A stretch of 64,000 bases of DNA, from the NCBI GenBank assembly GCA_963702845.1, contig OY969763.1, positions 768,001-832,000 of the forward strand, written 5' to 3'. The stretch's first letter is position 1. The number at the start of each line of letters is the position of its first letter. The position numbers and the translations under genes are program-made. This DNA comes from an uncultured Verrucomicrobiae bacterium (GTDB lineage Bacteria > Verrucomicrobiota > Verrucomicrobiia > Limisphaerales > Palsa-1400). The notes under the pieces were generated by a model. It worked only from the letters and a program-made list of their open reading frames with translations. It ran no database searches and was not told where the DNA came from. Below are positions 19,370 through 29,708 of this stretch, piece by piece.

Positions 19370-21505
19370 ATGAAGCGATTATTCGTAACAACCATTTTCG
19401 CGTGCGCGACCGCAGCGCACCTTTTCGCCCAATCAAACGTCCAGTCCCAGATCCTCGCGCCCGTGACCATCACCGGCACTCCGGTGAGCGACATTCCCCA
19501 GGTCGAGTCCATCGCTGCCACTGCTGTTTCCGGGATAGAAATCGAGAAAGCTGAAATCAACAACACCCGCGATCTGACTGCGCGCGCGCCGAATCTCGCC
19601 GTGTTCGATGCCAACAACGATCGCTCTCCACGCTTCTCATTGCGCGGGTTTCGCGAAAATAACTTCGCCGCCGGTTCGCCGGTCGTTGGCATGTATATCG
19701 ACGATGTTCCTTACTTCGATCTCTACTCGCGCGGCGTCCCGCTGTTCGACGTCGAACGCGTCGAAATTTTGCGCGGTTCACAAGCCACGTTATATGGCGC
19801 CAGCGGCATCGCAGGCGTCGTGAACGTGGCGACCACGCAAGCGAACAACCAATGGCACGGCCACGCTGAAGCGGGTTACGGCAACTACGATAACCAGGAC
19901 TATCGCACCGGATTTTTCGGCCCGATCGTCAAAGATAAATTGTTCATCGGCGTTTCTGGTCTGTACGATTTGCGCGATGGTTTTGTTTTCAACAATACGA
20001 CCAAGTCCCACCCCGATTACCAGGATACGCTTGCTGGCAAACTGATGTTGAAATGGACACCGAGCGATCCATGGAGCTTCACTGCAATCGTCGACGCCGA
20101 ACGGTTCAATGACGGTTTCGTTCCGACGTTCGTCCCCGGTACCCCTGCAAACAGCAATTCCGTTTCTTTTAGGCCCGCTGACAAAGGCCCATTCTCAGTC
20201 TTCCGCAATCTGAACGGTTTTGTTGACACCGACGCCGTTAACGAAGCCTTCAAGATCGCCTACACTTCACCCGACTTCACCGTCTCGTCGGTCACTTCCC
20301 ATCGCGATTGGCGCCAAACCTTGTTGCAAGACTTTGACTTTTCGGCATTGCCGCTAGTCAACGGATTTTCAAATCCCCAACTTGAACAATGGGGTGAAGA
20401 ACTGCACATCCAATCTCCGGCCGACGCCGATAAACTCCATTGGTTGGCCGGCCTTTATTGGCTGAACCAGGACAACCATACTGACACGGGCTCATCCGGA
20501 ATTACGGCGCTCGACCTCGGCGCGGGGCCTGTGCCTGTGCCGTTCTTCCAGCAAACACAAGCCCGTATGGAGAACAACACCTATGCGGCATTCGCCCAGG
20601 CTACTTATAATGTTTGGTGTCAACTGGACCTGACCGCGGGCGTTCGCCTCACCTACGATGATCGTCAAATGCAACGTCAGTCGGCCGCAACCGTCGCTGG
20701 CTTCCCAACGGGCCCGGCGATTGTAAACAGCATTCACGACCACTTCTCCGCGGTGCAGCCCAAAGTCGCAGCCACCTGGCATTTCACACCCGAACTCGAA
20801 ACCTACGCCAGCGTGACCCTTGGCCACCAAAGCGGCGGCTTCAACGCCTCCCAGGACGATCCGGCCAAGCAGGAATACGGCGCAACCCGCTCGTGGCAAT
20901 TTGAACTCGGAGCAAAATCATCATGGCTCGAGAATCGCGTGCATGCCGATGCGGCATTGTTCTATACCGAAACGCATGGCTACCAGGTCTTCGCCTTCAA
21001 CCCGGCCAATCCAGCCGAAGCCTTTGTTCTCAACGCCCAACGCGCCTCCAGCTACGGCGCCGAACTCGGCCTCACTGCCAACCTCTGTGATCCTTTGACA
21101 TTGACCCTCGACCTCGGCTACACCCACGCCATCTTCGACCGTTTCACCGATCCAAACAGCGGCTTGGTCCTCGACGGCAACACTATCAGTTTCGTCCCCG
21201 AGTTCACCGCGAGTTTTTCCGCCAGATACCGTTTGCCCGCACATTTTTACATTCAGGGCGAAGTGCTGGCACTTGGAAGCTACTTTCTGGATGAAACCGA
21301 CAGCCAGCGCCAGCAAGCATTCCCGCTCGTCAACGCGCAACTTGGATATGACATCAAAAACGTTGAGGTCTACGTTTACGCGAAAAACATCTTCAACCAA
21401 TACTACGCCAACAACGCCCTCGACCTGAGCTCCGGCGGTCTCGGCATCGTCCAACAACCCGGCGACCCCCTGACCTTCGGCTTCGCCGTCAACGCGAAAT
21501 TCTAA
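19370..21505 (+). CDS. TonB-dependent receptor
   Basis: Signal peptide; plug motif VGMYIDDVP...DVERVEILRGSQATLYG...GVVNV; C-terminal F. Confidence 0.93.
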   Translation: MKRLFVTTIFACATAAHLFAQSNVQSQILAPVTITGTPVSDIPQVESIAATAVSGIEIEKAEINNTRDLTARAPNLAVFDANNDRSPRFSLRGFRENNFAAGSPVVGMYIDDVPYFDLYSRGVPLFDVERVEILRGSQATLYGASGIAGVVNVATTQANNQWHGHAEAGYGNYDNQDYRTGFFGPIVKDKLFIGVSGLYDLRDGFVFNNTTKSHPDYQDTLAGKLMLKWTPSDPWSFTAIVDAERFNDGFVPTFVPGTPANSNSVSFRPADKGPFSVFRNLNGFVDTDAVNEAFKIAYTSPDFTVSSVTSHRDWRQTLLQDFDFSALPLVNGFSNPQLEQWGEELHIQSPADADKLHWLAGLYWLNQDNHTDTGSSGITALDLGAGPVPVPFFQQTQARMENNTYAAFAQATYNVWCQLDLTAGVRLTYDDRQMQRQSAATVAGFPTGPAIVNSIHDHFSAVQPKVAATWHFTPELETYASVTLGHQSGGFNASQDDPAKQEYGATRSWQFELGAKSSWLENRVHADAALFYTETHGYQVFAFNPANPAEAFVLNAQRASSYGAELGLTANLCDPLTLTLDLGYTHAIFDRFTDPNSGLVLDGNTISFVPEFTASFSARYRLPAHFYIQGEVLALGSYFLDETDSQRQQAFPLVNAQLGYDIKNVEVYVYAKNIFNQYYANNALDLSSGGLGIVQQPGDPLTFGFAVNAKF

Positions 21506-21523
21506 GTAAGCCGTGCGCCGTTC

Positions 21524-21572
21524 GTATCGCAGACTTCCAAGTCTGCCGTATCGCCGATTTCCAAATCGGCAG
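21524..21572. repeat. Tandem REP-like double hairpin
   Basis: GTATCGCAGACTTCCAAGTCTGC followed by GTATCGCCGATTTCCAAATCGGC. Confidence 0.6.
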
Positions 21573-21684
21573 CCATCAAAACGCCAACGACATAAAAATC
21601 ACAACCCATCGCCAAAGAAACAATTTCCCCTCTTTGTGCTCTTTGCGATCTCTGCGGTAAAATAATCCCCACCCAGTACACAAC

Positions 21685-21714
21685 AAAAGCGCGGACACCT
21701 AAGTCCGCGCTTTT
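21685..21714. terminator. Bidirectional intrinsic terminator downstream of rpmB
   Basis: AAAA-GCGCGGAC-loop-GTCCGCGC-TTTT. Confidence 0.75.
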
Positions 21715-21755
21715 CGCGTAAAATGATTGCGCGACAAATCGCGCTCGATCAAAGC

Positions 21756-22025
21756 CTAAGCAGCCTTGGCTGCTGCCTTGGTCCAAGTGCGCTTAGGCGC
21801 TTTGGTAACGAGGCCCTTTTTGATCGCTTTGGCGGTCACGCGCATAAAACGCACTTCGCCGTCAGGGGTGACGACTTTGACGCGCTGCAGATTGGGCATA
21901 AAACGGCGCTTGGTGATAGCGGTCACGTGCGTGCCGATACCGCCTTTTTTCTTGGCTTTACCACTGCGCCAGATATGACTGCCCTTAATCGGGCCTTTAC
22001 CGGTTATTTCACAAATTCTTGCCAT
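21756..22025 (-). CDS. rpmB: 50S ribosomal protein L28
   Basis: [15 protein letters not shown]...[10 protein letters not shown]...MRVTAKAIK. Confidence 0.95.
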   Translation of the reverse strand: MARICEITGKGPIKGSHIWRSGKAKKKGGIGTHVTAITKRRFMPNLQRVKVVTPDGEVRFMRVTAKAIKKGLVTKAPKRTWTKAAAKAA

Positions 22026-22241
22026 AAATTCTCCAACTGAAAGTCGTTTAAACTAGCGGGGATTCCCAGTAGTTCAAGCACGAAAAACAAACCTTTGTAA
22101 CAACCATCGCAAGCGGTTTCTTCTCCCTCTCCTCCTCAGGAAGAGGGCTGGCCTGTCCACCGTAGCTTTAGCGAAGGTGGAGGAAAGGAGGCCTTATCTT
22201 CGTTTCCTCATTCTTATCTGACATCCCTTTTTCTGACTTTC

Positions 22242-22279
22242 GTAAGGTTTATTCTTGACGCTGTAAGGTAATCCCTCAC
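22242..22279. promoter_or_regulatory. Tandem imperfect operator-like boxes (possibly LuxR/FixJ-type)
   Basis: GTAAGGTTTATTCTTGAC and GTAAGGTAATCCCTCAC upstream of 22311. Confidence 0.3.
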
Positions 22280-22310
22280 AATGTGCGCACACCGATAGTA
22301 AAAAAGCACT

Positions 22311-22541
22311 ATGCGAGTCCTTATTCAAAATGCAGCTACGGAGGCCTATTACACGGGGCAGGGTTGGGCCAAAGATGTCAATTCAGCAATGAATTTTGAC
22401 AGTACCGTCAAAGCCGATGCCTACTGTTACCAACACAACATTGGCGACGCTCTCATCGTCGTGAAGTTCAAAGACGAGAGCGGCGACATCAAGTTTACCT
22501 CTGGCGCAGGCAGCAGCCTGATGAGCTCGAGGTCACGTTAA
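22311..22541 (+). CDS. Small hypothetical protein
   Basis: 76 aa, MRVLIQNAATEAYY-GQGW...AMNF; followed by a strong hairpin. Confidence 0.7.
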   Translation: MRVLIQNAATEAYYTGQGWAKDVNSAMNFDSTVKADAYCYQHNIGDALIVVKFKDESGDIKFTSGAGSSLMSSRSR

Positions 22542-22572
22542 ACTCAACAATTGTAGTAGGCCGGTGAGTCCA

Positions 22573-22602
22573 GAATCCGGCGGCAGCAATGCCGCCGGAT
22601 TC
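22573..22602 (+). terminator. Strong hairpin, probable terminator
   Basis: GAATCCGGCGGCA-GCAA-TGCCGCCGGATTC. Confidence 0.6.
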
Positions 22603-23077
22603 AGTATTTATTCCTGCGCTGACTGTGCCGAAGCACCCCTGAAACTAGCCGGCAGTTCAGTGCCCAGTCCCTGTCGCCACGAACCATTAGGTCCCGAATG
22701 GAACGACTGACCTCATCGCTCCGATGTCATCCTTGTTCCGTCCGCATTCCATTTTTGCGATCTCTGCGTTCTCTGCGGTTAAATAATCTTCTCCCTAAAT
22801 CCGTGTTTCATCAGTGGCTGAAAATCCGCTCAGCAACCTTTGTGCCCTGGTGGCTTGATCGTTACATTTAGTGCAGAAAAAGTGCTGTTTCTTTCCCTGC
22901 CTTCCCTCGTTTTCCTACAGTTTTTGACGCGTAGTCACTTTATGGCATCATCGTTTGCGTTATGCGATACATGCAACATAAAGACAACGCGGGGATTCTG
23001 ATTCCCGCACCGAACCACGCGAGCCACGACAATGCTTTGTCGCTGGTGACTCCGACGTGCTTGCTATCAACGCCTGT

Positions 23078-23173
23078 CCACTTTCGTCCATTTTCAACCA
23101 AAATGGGTGCCCACTTTCGCCCATTAACATCCACTTTCGCCCAACAACGACCACTTGCGTCCGCTAAAGCCCA
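23078..23173. repeat. Degenerate 10-bp-period tandem repeat (CCACTTTCGC-like)
   Basis: CCA at 23078, 23088, 23098, then 23111, 23121, 23131, 23141, 23151, 23171. Confidence 0.7.
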
Positions 23174-23295
23174 AAAAAATATTTTTACCAAACGCTATGA
23201 ACCAAAACCAAAACAATACCTCAATTCCTCGCGGCTCGATATTTCGATTGACGCTTGCAACACACCTCTTTAGTTGTGAACCTTTGCGCGCCCAT

Positions 23296-24657
23296 ATGAA
23301 ACTAACTCGCTTCTTCGCGGTGCCAGTTCTGGCCCTCGCCCTGACAACTGCACACGCCCAACGCGGCACCCTTACGCAATCCAGCTCAAGCTCCGACGCC
23401 GGCTTCGTCTCGCTCTTTGACGGTAAGACTCTCACCGGTTGGACCGAAGTCAACGGAACCACCGCCGGCTATCGTGTCGAAAACGGTTCGATCATTTGCA
23501 CGAAGGAGTCAGCCGCCAATCTGTTCTCCGAAAAGGACTACGCCAATTTCATTCTGCGGCTCGACTTCAAGCTCAGCTCAAACGCCAACAACGGTATCGC
23601 CATTCACGCCCCATTTGAAAAAGGCCAGATCGCCTACATCGGCAACGAAATCCAGGTCCTCGACGACCCGACGTACCCCAATTTGTTACCCAGTCAGTAT
23701 TGCGGTTCTCACTACAAAATCACCGCCGCCAAACGCGGCGCACTCAAGCCGACTGGCCAATGGAATCATTACGAAATCACCGTCACAGGCCGCCACATCA
23801 AAGTCGCGCTGAATGGAAAACTAATCACCGATTCTGACCCCAACGCAGTCAGCAACCCTGAAGTCATCCGCGCGCACCCCGGCATGTTCCGAACCAAAGG
23901 CCGCATCGGCTTCCTCGGCCATCACAGCCGCGTCGAATTCAAAAACATCAGCATCAAAGAATTACCCTCGACCGCCCATGAAAACACCGCGCCCGCAGGC
24001 TTCACTGCGTTGTACAATGGCAAAGACCTGACCGGCTGGAAAGGTCTCGTCAAAGACCCGCCGCACCGCGCGAAAATGTCTCCGGAAGAACTCGCGGCCG
24101 AGCAAAAGAAAGCCGACGAAATCGCCTTCAGTCATTGGCACGCCAAGGACGGAGAGATCGTGTTCGACGGCGATTGGAAAGGCCAGAATCTCTGCACCAT
24201 CAAGAATTACGGCGACTTCGAAATGCTGGTCGATTGGAAAATTCCGCCGCGCGGTGATAGCGGTATTTATTTGCGCGGCAGTCCTCAGGTCCAGATTTGG
24301 GCAACGAACAGCCCCGGCCAATTCAATCCGCCCGATGGTTCGGGCGGCCTGTACAATAACGAGAAGAATCCGCGTCATCCGTTGAAATACGCCGACCATC
24401 CCGTTGGCGAATGGAACACCTTTCGTATCATCATGATTGGCGACAAGGCCCACGTGTATCTGAACGAAGTGCTCGTGGTGAACAACACCACGCTCGAAAA
24501 CTATTGGGAACGCAACAAGCCGATGTATCCGACCGGCTCGCTCGAACTTCAGAACCATGGTGGCCCGTTGTGGTTTAAGAACATTTACGTCCGAGAGATC
24601 AAACAGACCGAGTTGCTTGACTCGCCGGTTTCCAAACCAGGTACAGAAGTGCGATAA
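23296..24657 (+). CDS. Two-domain DUF1080 (3-keto-disaccharide hydrolase-like) protein
   Basis: GFVSLFDGKTLTGW and GFTALYNGKDLTGW; EIQVLD; G.IGFLGH / LELQNH; FKNI. Confidence 0.92.
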   Translation: MKLTRFFAVPVLALALTTAHAQRGTLTQSSSSSDAGFVSLFDGKTLTGWTEVNGTTAGYRVENGSIICTKESAANLFSEKDYANFILRLDFKLSSNANNGIAIHAPFEKGQIAYIGNEIQVLDDPTYPNLLPSQYCGSHYKITAAKRGALKPTGQWNHYEITVTGRHIKVALNGKLITDSDPNAVSNPEVIRAHPGMFRTKGRIGFLGHHSRVEFKNISIKELPSTAHENTAPAGFTALYNGKDLTGWKGLVKDPPHRAKMSPEELAAEQKKADEIAFSHWHAKDGEIVFDGDWKGQNLCTIKNYGDFEMLVDWKIPPRGDSGIYLRGSPQVQIWATNSPGQFNPPDGSGGLYNNEKNPRHPLKYADHPVGEWNTFRIIMIGDKAHVYLNEVLVVNNTTLENYWERNKPMYPTGSLELQNHGGPLWFKNIYVREIKQTELLDSPVSKPGTEVR

Positions 24658-24663
24658 ACCTTT

Positions 24664-25989
24664 ATGAACAATTTAACTAGCCGCCGCAATTTCATCAAAC
24701 AATCGACCATCACCAGCGCTGGTGTGTTTTGGATCGCGAAGACTTCCTGGGCCAAAATCTCTCCCAACGAAAAGCTCAACGTCGGCGTCATCGGCACTGC
24801 CAATCGCGCCATGGACAACATGAACGAGATGGGCCGCGAGAGCACGCATCAGGGCGCGAGCGAAAATATCGTGGCACTTTGTGACGTTGATAAAAATTAT
24901 CTCGGCGTCGCTAAAGCGAAGTTTCCCGAAGCGAAGACCTACACCGATTTTCGTCGCTTGCTTGACCAAAAAAATATCGACGCAGTCCTCGTCGCCACTC
25001 CCGACCATACGCATGCCATCGCCACGATGTCCGCGCTCAAGAGCAGTCGCCACGTATATTGCGAGAAGCCGCTGACCCACACCGTCTCTGAAGCGCGCGC
25101 CATTCGCGAAGCCGCGAAAAAGTACAAGCTCGTTACGCAGTTGGGCACGCAAATTCATTCGCTCGATAATTATCGCCGCGTGGTTGAAGCGCTGCAGAGT
25201 GGCGTCATCGGACCTGTTCGCGAAGTCCATGTCACCATCGATGTCATTTACACCGCAGGCGCGCGTCCTCCCGCCGCTCCCGTGCCCGCTGGTTTTGATT
25301 GGGACCTCTGGCTCGGCCCTGTTGAATCTCGCCCTTACAGCCCTGAATACGCTCCGCGCAATTGGCGCAATTGGTGGGCGTTCGGCGGCGGCACACTTTC
25401 GGATTTCGGCTGCCATTACATCGACCTGGCATTCTGGGCGCTCGGCATTCGCGTGCCCACTTCCGTCACAACCGAAGGTCCGCCGGTCATGGAAGAAGGC
25501 ACTCCGGAATGGTTAATTGCTCATTACGATTTCCCGGCGCGTGACACGCAGCCGCCCGTCAAATTGTCATGGTACCATGGCAAGAAAAACGGCGTGGCCG
25601 TCCGTCCGCCGCAATACTCCGAACCCGGCGCGCCGCAAGGCCTCGGCAACGGCCTGTTGTTCATCGGTGACAAAGGAAGAATGTTCGCCGATTACGGCCA
25701 TTACTTTTTGTATCCCGAAGCCGATTTCAAAGGCTTTGTTCCGCCGCCGAAAACGATTCCCTCTTCGCCCGGCCAGCACGCCGAGTGGATTCGCGCGATC
25801 AAATATGGCGGCACACCGCTGTGCAATTTCGAATACGGTGGCCTCCTGACCGAAACCGCATTGTTGGGCAACGCCGCCTATCGTAGCGGACAAAAAATCG
25901 TATGGGACGCGAAAAATATGAAAGCCGTCGGTAATCCCGCAGCGGACAATTTCATCCAGCACCATTATCGCCAGGGCTGGAGCCTTTAG
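24664..25989 (+). CDS. Gfo/Idh/MocA family oxidoreductase (Tat-exported)
   Basis: SRRNFIK Tat motif; ATPDHTH; YCEKPL; WDLWLGP; DFGCHYID. Confidence 0.93.
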   Translation: MNNLTSRRNFIKQSTITSAGVFWIAKTSWAKISPNEKLNVGVIGTANRAMDNMNEMGRESTHQGASENIVALCDVDKNYLGVAKAKFPEAKTYTDFRRLLDQKNIDAVLVATPDHTHAIATMSALKSSRHVYCEKPLTHTVSEARAIREAAKKYKLVTQLGTQIHSLDNYRRVVEALQSGVIGPVREVHVTIDVIYTAGARPPAAPVPAGFDWDLWLGPVESRPYSPEYAPRNWRNWWAFGGGTLSDFGCHYIDLAFWALGIRVPTSVTTEGPPVMEEGTPEWLIAHYDFPARDTQPPVKLSWYHGKKNGVAVRPPQYSEPGAPQGLGNGLLFIGDKGRMFADYGHYFLYPEADFKGFVPPPKTIPSSPGQHAEWIRAIKYGGTPLCNFEYGGLLTETALLGNAAYRSGQKIVWDAKNMKAVGNPAADNFIQHHYRQGWSL

Positions 25990-26396
25990 CGTTTAGACCA
26001 GAGTTCGTCCGCCCCGCGCAAGTGTTCCAGCAAGCGCGCGTCGGCCGCCGGGAATTGGTAATTGGAAAGTTCGTCACGAGTAATCCAAACGAGCGCATCG
26101 CAGTGAATTGGTCGCGGCTCGCCGGACGTTAGTTCGCACCGAAAAAATTTCAGGTGTACCGTGCGCTCCGGATATTCGTGCACAATCTCTTCAATGAGTT
26201 CGTGGACGGATGTTTCAATCCCGAGCTCCTCACGGAGTTCGCGTTGAAGACATTGTTCGAACGTTTCGCCAGACTCGCGTTTGCCGCCGGGAAATTCCCA
26301 GAGCCCGGCCAGGTGCGTTCCAGTCGGTCGCTGGGTAATGAGAAGTTTGCCTCTGTGGAAGAGCAGGGCAGCGGAGACTTCCAGATTCGAGCGCAT
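25986..26396 (-). CDS. mutT: 8-oxo-dGTP diphosphatase (Nudix)
   Basis: HLAGLWEFPGGKRESGET...RELREELGI; FPAAD. Confidence 0.85.
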   Translation of the reverse strand: MRSNLEVSAALLFHRGKLLITQRPTGTHLAGLWEFPGGKRESGETFEQCLQRELREELGIETSVHELIEEIVHEYPERTVHLKFFRCELTSGEPRPIHCDALVWITRDELSNYQFPAADARLLEHLRGADELWSKR

Positions 26397-27688
26397 CAAC
26401 GGCGGCCGATGCTCTTGTAGATAAAACCGAGATGTTCCATCTCGCGCGGATCGAAAAGATTTCGTCCATCGAACATGATCGGATGGGTCAGCGCTTTGCG
26501 AACGCGGTCGAGATCGAGTTGCTTGAACTGCGGCCATTCGGTTGCAATCGCCAGGGCGTCGCAGCCGTCGGCGATTTCGTTCATGTCGTTAACGTAAGTA
26601 ACGTCTTTGAGAACGGCTTTGGCTTTTTCCATCGCCTGCGGGTCATAGACGCGCAGCTGCGCGCCTTCTTTCTGCAAACGCTGGCAGAGATCAATGGCCG
26701 GCGACATGCGGACGTCATCGGTGTTCTGTTTGAACGCAAGACCGAGCACGCCGATTTTTTTGCCCTTCAGGACCCAGAGAGTATCGACAATTTTTTTGAC
26801 GAACCGATCCATCTGCTCGGCATTGATCCGCTGGACTTCTTTCAGCAACCCGAACTGATAACCGAGTTGTTCGGAAATGGTAATGAACGCGCTCAAGTCT
26901 TTGGGAAAACAACTGCCGCCGAACCCGAGCGACGCGTCGAGGAACTTGCGGCCAATACGGACGTCCATGCCCATGCCATTGGCAACTTCCTGGACATTGG
27001 CACCGCTCAGTTCGCAAATATTTGAAATCGCGTTGATGTAGGAAATCTTCAGCGCCAGGAATGAGTTCGCGGCATGTTTGATCAACTCGGCGGAATTGAT
27101 GTCGGTGACAATGATCGGCGCATTGTAGGGCGCATAGACCTCTTTCATCGCTGCGACCGGACGTTCCGAAGCGACGCCGATGACGACGCGGTCGGGTTTC
27201 ATGAAGTCTTCGACTGCGAAACCTTCGCGCAAAAATTCGGGATTGCTGACGACGTCAAAATCAACCTTCGCCTTGCAATAACGCTTAATCGTCTCCGCCA
27301 CCTTTTCGCCCGTCTTGACCGGCACGGTGCTTTTGTCCACGACGATCTTGTAGCTGGTCATGGCCGCGGCGATTTCGCGAGAGACCCCTTCAATAAAGCT
27401 CAGGTCGACGGAGCCGTCGGCGTTCGGCGGCGTCGGAACGGCGATGAAGATGACATCAGAATTGTCGACGCCTTCTTTGGTGTCGTTGGTGAAATGGAGG
27501 CGACCGGCTTCGACATTGATGCGGACGAGTTCGTCGAGGCCGGGCTCGTAAATCGGCATGCCGCCGGATTTGAGCAGCTTGACCTTGTTGGGATCGTTGT
27601 CGACACAGATGACGTTGTGGCCGGCCTGCGCGAAGCAGGTGCCGGTCACGAGGCCAACATAGCCAGTCCCGATGATGCTCAGTTTCAT
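26396..27688 (-). CDS. ugd: UDP-glucose 6-dehydrogenase
   Basis: IIGTGYVGL, KSTVPV, SNPEFLREG, GFGGSCFPKD, GLAFKQNTDD. Confidence 0.93.
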   Translation of the reverse strand: MKLSIIGTGYVGLVTGTCFAQAGHNVICVDNDPNKVKLLKSGGMPIYEPGLDELVRINVEAGRLHFTNDTKEGVDNSDVIFIAVPTPPNADGSVDLSFIEGVSREIAAAMTSYKIVVDKSTVPVKTGEKVAETIKRYCKAKVDFDVVSNPEFLREGFAVEDFMKPDRVVIGVASERPVAAMKEVYAPYNAPIIVTDINSAELIKHAANSFLALKISYINAISNICELSGANVQEVANGMGMDVRIGRKFLDASLGFGGSCFPKDLSAFITISEQLGYQFGLLKEVQRINAEQMDRFVKKIVDTLWVLKGKKIGVLGLAFKQNTDDVRMSPAIDLCQRLQKEGAQLRVYDPQAMEKAKAVLKDVTYVNDMNEIADGCDALAIATEWPQFKQLDLDRVRKALTHPIMFDGRNLFDPREMEHLGFIYKSIGRR

Positions 27689-27724
27689 GTCACGTCAACT
27701 ATATCACGCCGCGTCCAAAACCGC

Positions 27725-28453
27725 TTACTTGACTGCAACAGGAGCAGTAGCGGGGCGAGCGGCGGCAATCGTTGCCGGGGTTTCAATCCGCGTTTCCGGC
27801 CGGATTAGGAAACGTCCATAAATCACGCCAGCCAGTAAACCACCCAGCAACGGACCAACCCAGTAAACGATGTGATTGCTCCAATTGCCACTGATGAAAG
27901 CAGGGCCAAACGTCCGCGCAGGATTCATCGATGCGCCAGTCAATGGGCCGGCGACGAGAATGTCCAGGGCCACGGTCAGGCCGATAGCAAGGCCACCAAT
28001 TTTCGGAGCGCGGCCATCCACAGCAGAGCCGTAGACGACAAAAACCAAAAAGAACGTCAGAACAGCTTCGAGGATGATACCATTGGCAACACTGACGTGT
28101 GGTCCCAGAACCGGTGTCCCGTCAAACACAACTTTGGCGCCGGCAACATTCATCATGATCCCTGCCGCGACGATACCGCCGAACAGTTGGGAAACCCAGT
28201 AGGCCAAGGCACGCGATGCAGGAATTTTACCACCAACCAAAAGGCCGAAGGTGACGGCTGGATTGAGATGACCACCGGAAATTGCGCCTGTGGCTGAAAC
28301 CATCACCGCGATGGTGAGTCCATGCGCCAATGCAATTCCGACCAGACCCGCATGGTCGCCGCCGAGATTGGCAATGGCGCCAACGCCGACAAAGATTAGG
28401 GCGAACGTTCCGACAAATTCAGCGACGCACGCTTTAATCAACTCTCGCTTCAT
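27725..28453 (-). CDS. Aquaporin (MIP family)
   Basis: SGGHLNPAVT and GASMNPAR (two NPA motifs). Confidence 0.95.
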   Translation of the reverse strand: MKRELIKACVAEFVGTFALIFVGVGAIANLGGDHAGLVGIALAHGLTIAVMVSATGAISGGHLNPAVTFGLLVGGKIPASRALAYWVSQLFGGIVAAGIMMNVAGAKVVFDGTPVLGPHVSVANGIILEAVLTFFLVFVVYGSAVDGRAPKIGGLAIGLTVALDILVAGPLTGASMNPARTFGPAFISGNWSNHIVYWVGPLLGGLLAGVIYGRFLIRPETRIETPATIAAARPATAPVAVK

Positions 28454-28459
28454 GAGTTG

Positions 28460-29257
28460 TTATTTCTTGGCGGGCGCGGATGGCTGCGGGATCTGGAGAA
28501 CTTTCGGCTGGGTGCTGCCACCTTGAGCGGGTGCCGCCGTTGTTCCAGGCACGGTCATGCTCGTGGAAGGGGCTGGCTTGTTCAGTTCCGGATGTTTAGC
28601 CAAAAGTTGATCGCGGCGGTCGCGTGCTTCGCTAGCCCAAGGGTCATATTGGGAAGGGTTACGGGTCAGTTCTTCGTAATAACGCAAGGCCTGGTCCGGT
28701 TTGTTTTGTTCTTCAAGCAAACGCGCGAGCGTCAGCTTGGCGGGATTGATGATGTAGGCGTCGCTCGGATAGTGAGCGATCACGTCCTGATATTTGGCGA
28801 TGGCGTCGGAAGCTTTGCCTTCCGCTTCGAGCGAAGCCGCGACACCGAGGCTGGCTTGGGGAACGAGCGGGCTGTTGCTGTGGTCGGTGATGAACTTTTT
28901 AAAGGCTTGCTCAGCGTCGCTATATTTGGCGTCGGTGAAAAGAACACTGGCAGCGAGAACTTCAGCGTGCTCACCGGCGGGAGTGCCGGGGTAGTCCTTG
29001 GCGATCTGGTCGAGGCCGGACGCGGTCGGATGCATGTAATTCGGGTTCGCGCCGAAGGTCGAGGGCAGCGCCATGATCGCGGCGTTGGCGTCGGATTCAG
29101 TCTTGTCGTTGTGCCAGAAGACGATCGCGATGATCGCCCCAATGACAAACGCGATGAGCGCGCCGATGACCAACCGTTTGCGATTGTTATTAAACCAGTT
29201 AGCGATGTGATAAAAATCCATCGATTGCGACGGCGCTTGTGACGATTCAACTTCCAT
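28460..29257 (-). CDS. Membrane-anchored TPR protein (YfgM-like)
   Basis: N-terminal TM then TPR-like repeats with YP turns. Confidence 0.8.
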   Translation of the reverse strand: MEVESSQAPSQSMDFYHIANWFNNNRKRLVIGALIAFVIGAIIAIVFWHNDKTESDANAAIMALPSTFGANPNYMHPTASGLDQIAKDYPGTPAGEHAEVLAASVLFTDAKYSDAEQAFKKFITDHSNSPLVPQASLGVAASLEAEGKASDAIAKYQDVIAHYPSDAYIINPAKLTLARLLEEQNKPDQALRYYEELTRNPSQYDPWASEARDRRDQLLAKHPELNKPAPSTSMTVPGTTAAPAQGGSTQPKVLQIPQPSAPAKK

Positions 29258-29360
29258 ATAGAAAAGCGGAAAATTCTGGTTGGCCTGCCACAAAAGGCAA
29301 GCCTATTTCCAAACTGCGGCGGACAATATAGGGCAAATGGGTTGGGGCGCAATGACTCGT

Positions 29361-29708
29361 TTAGGAAGGATAACTGAGGCGGACACCGACGTAGTCTGCT
29401 TCCGGGATGATGAACTTCTTGATTTCGACCTGGATGGATTTGAGCCGGTATTCGCGAGTAATCGTTTCGGCGATTTCGTAGGCGAGCGTCTCGATGAGTT
29501 TCCAACTGCGGCGCTCACCCAAGCGAAGGAGGCGCTGGGTCACGAGTGAATAATCGACGGTGCCGCGAATATCGTCTTTCTTGGCGGCAGCGATGAAATC
29601 GTAATCCATCACCAGCGTGATGAGGAGCTTTTGCGGGAGCTCCCGTTCCGCATCGGGAACGCCGACGTGATATTGCACAGCAAGGTCTTTGACGATGATC
29701 TGGTTCAT
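29361..29708 (-). CDS. folB: Dihydroneopterin aldolase
   Basis: HVGVPDAERELPQKL, DDIRGTVDYS, LIETLA. Confidence 0.9.
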   Translation of the reverse strand: MNQIIVKDLAVQYHVGVPDAERELPQKLLITLVMDYDFIAAAKKDDIRGTVDYSLVTQRLLRLGERRSWKLIETLAYEIAETITREYRLKSIQVEIKKFIIPEADYVGVRLSYPS

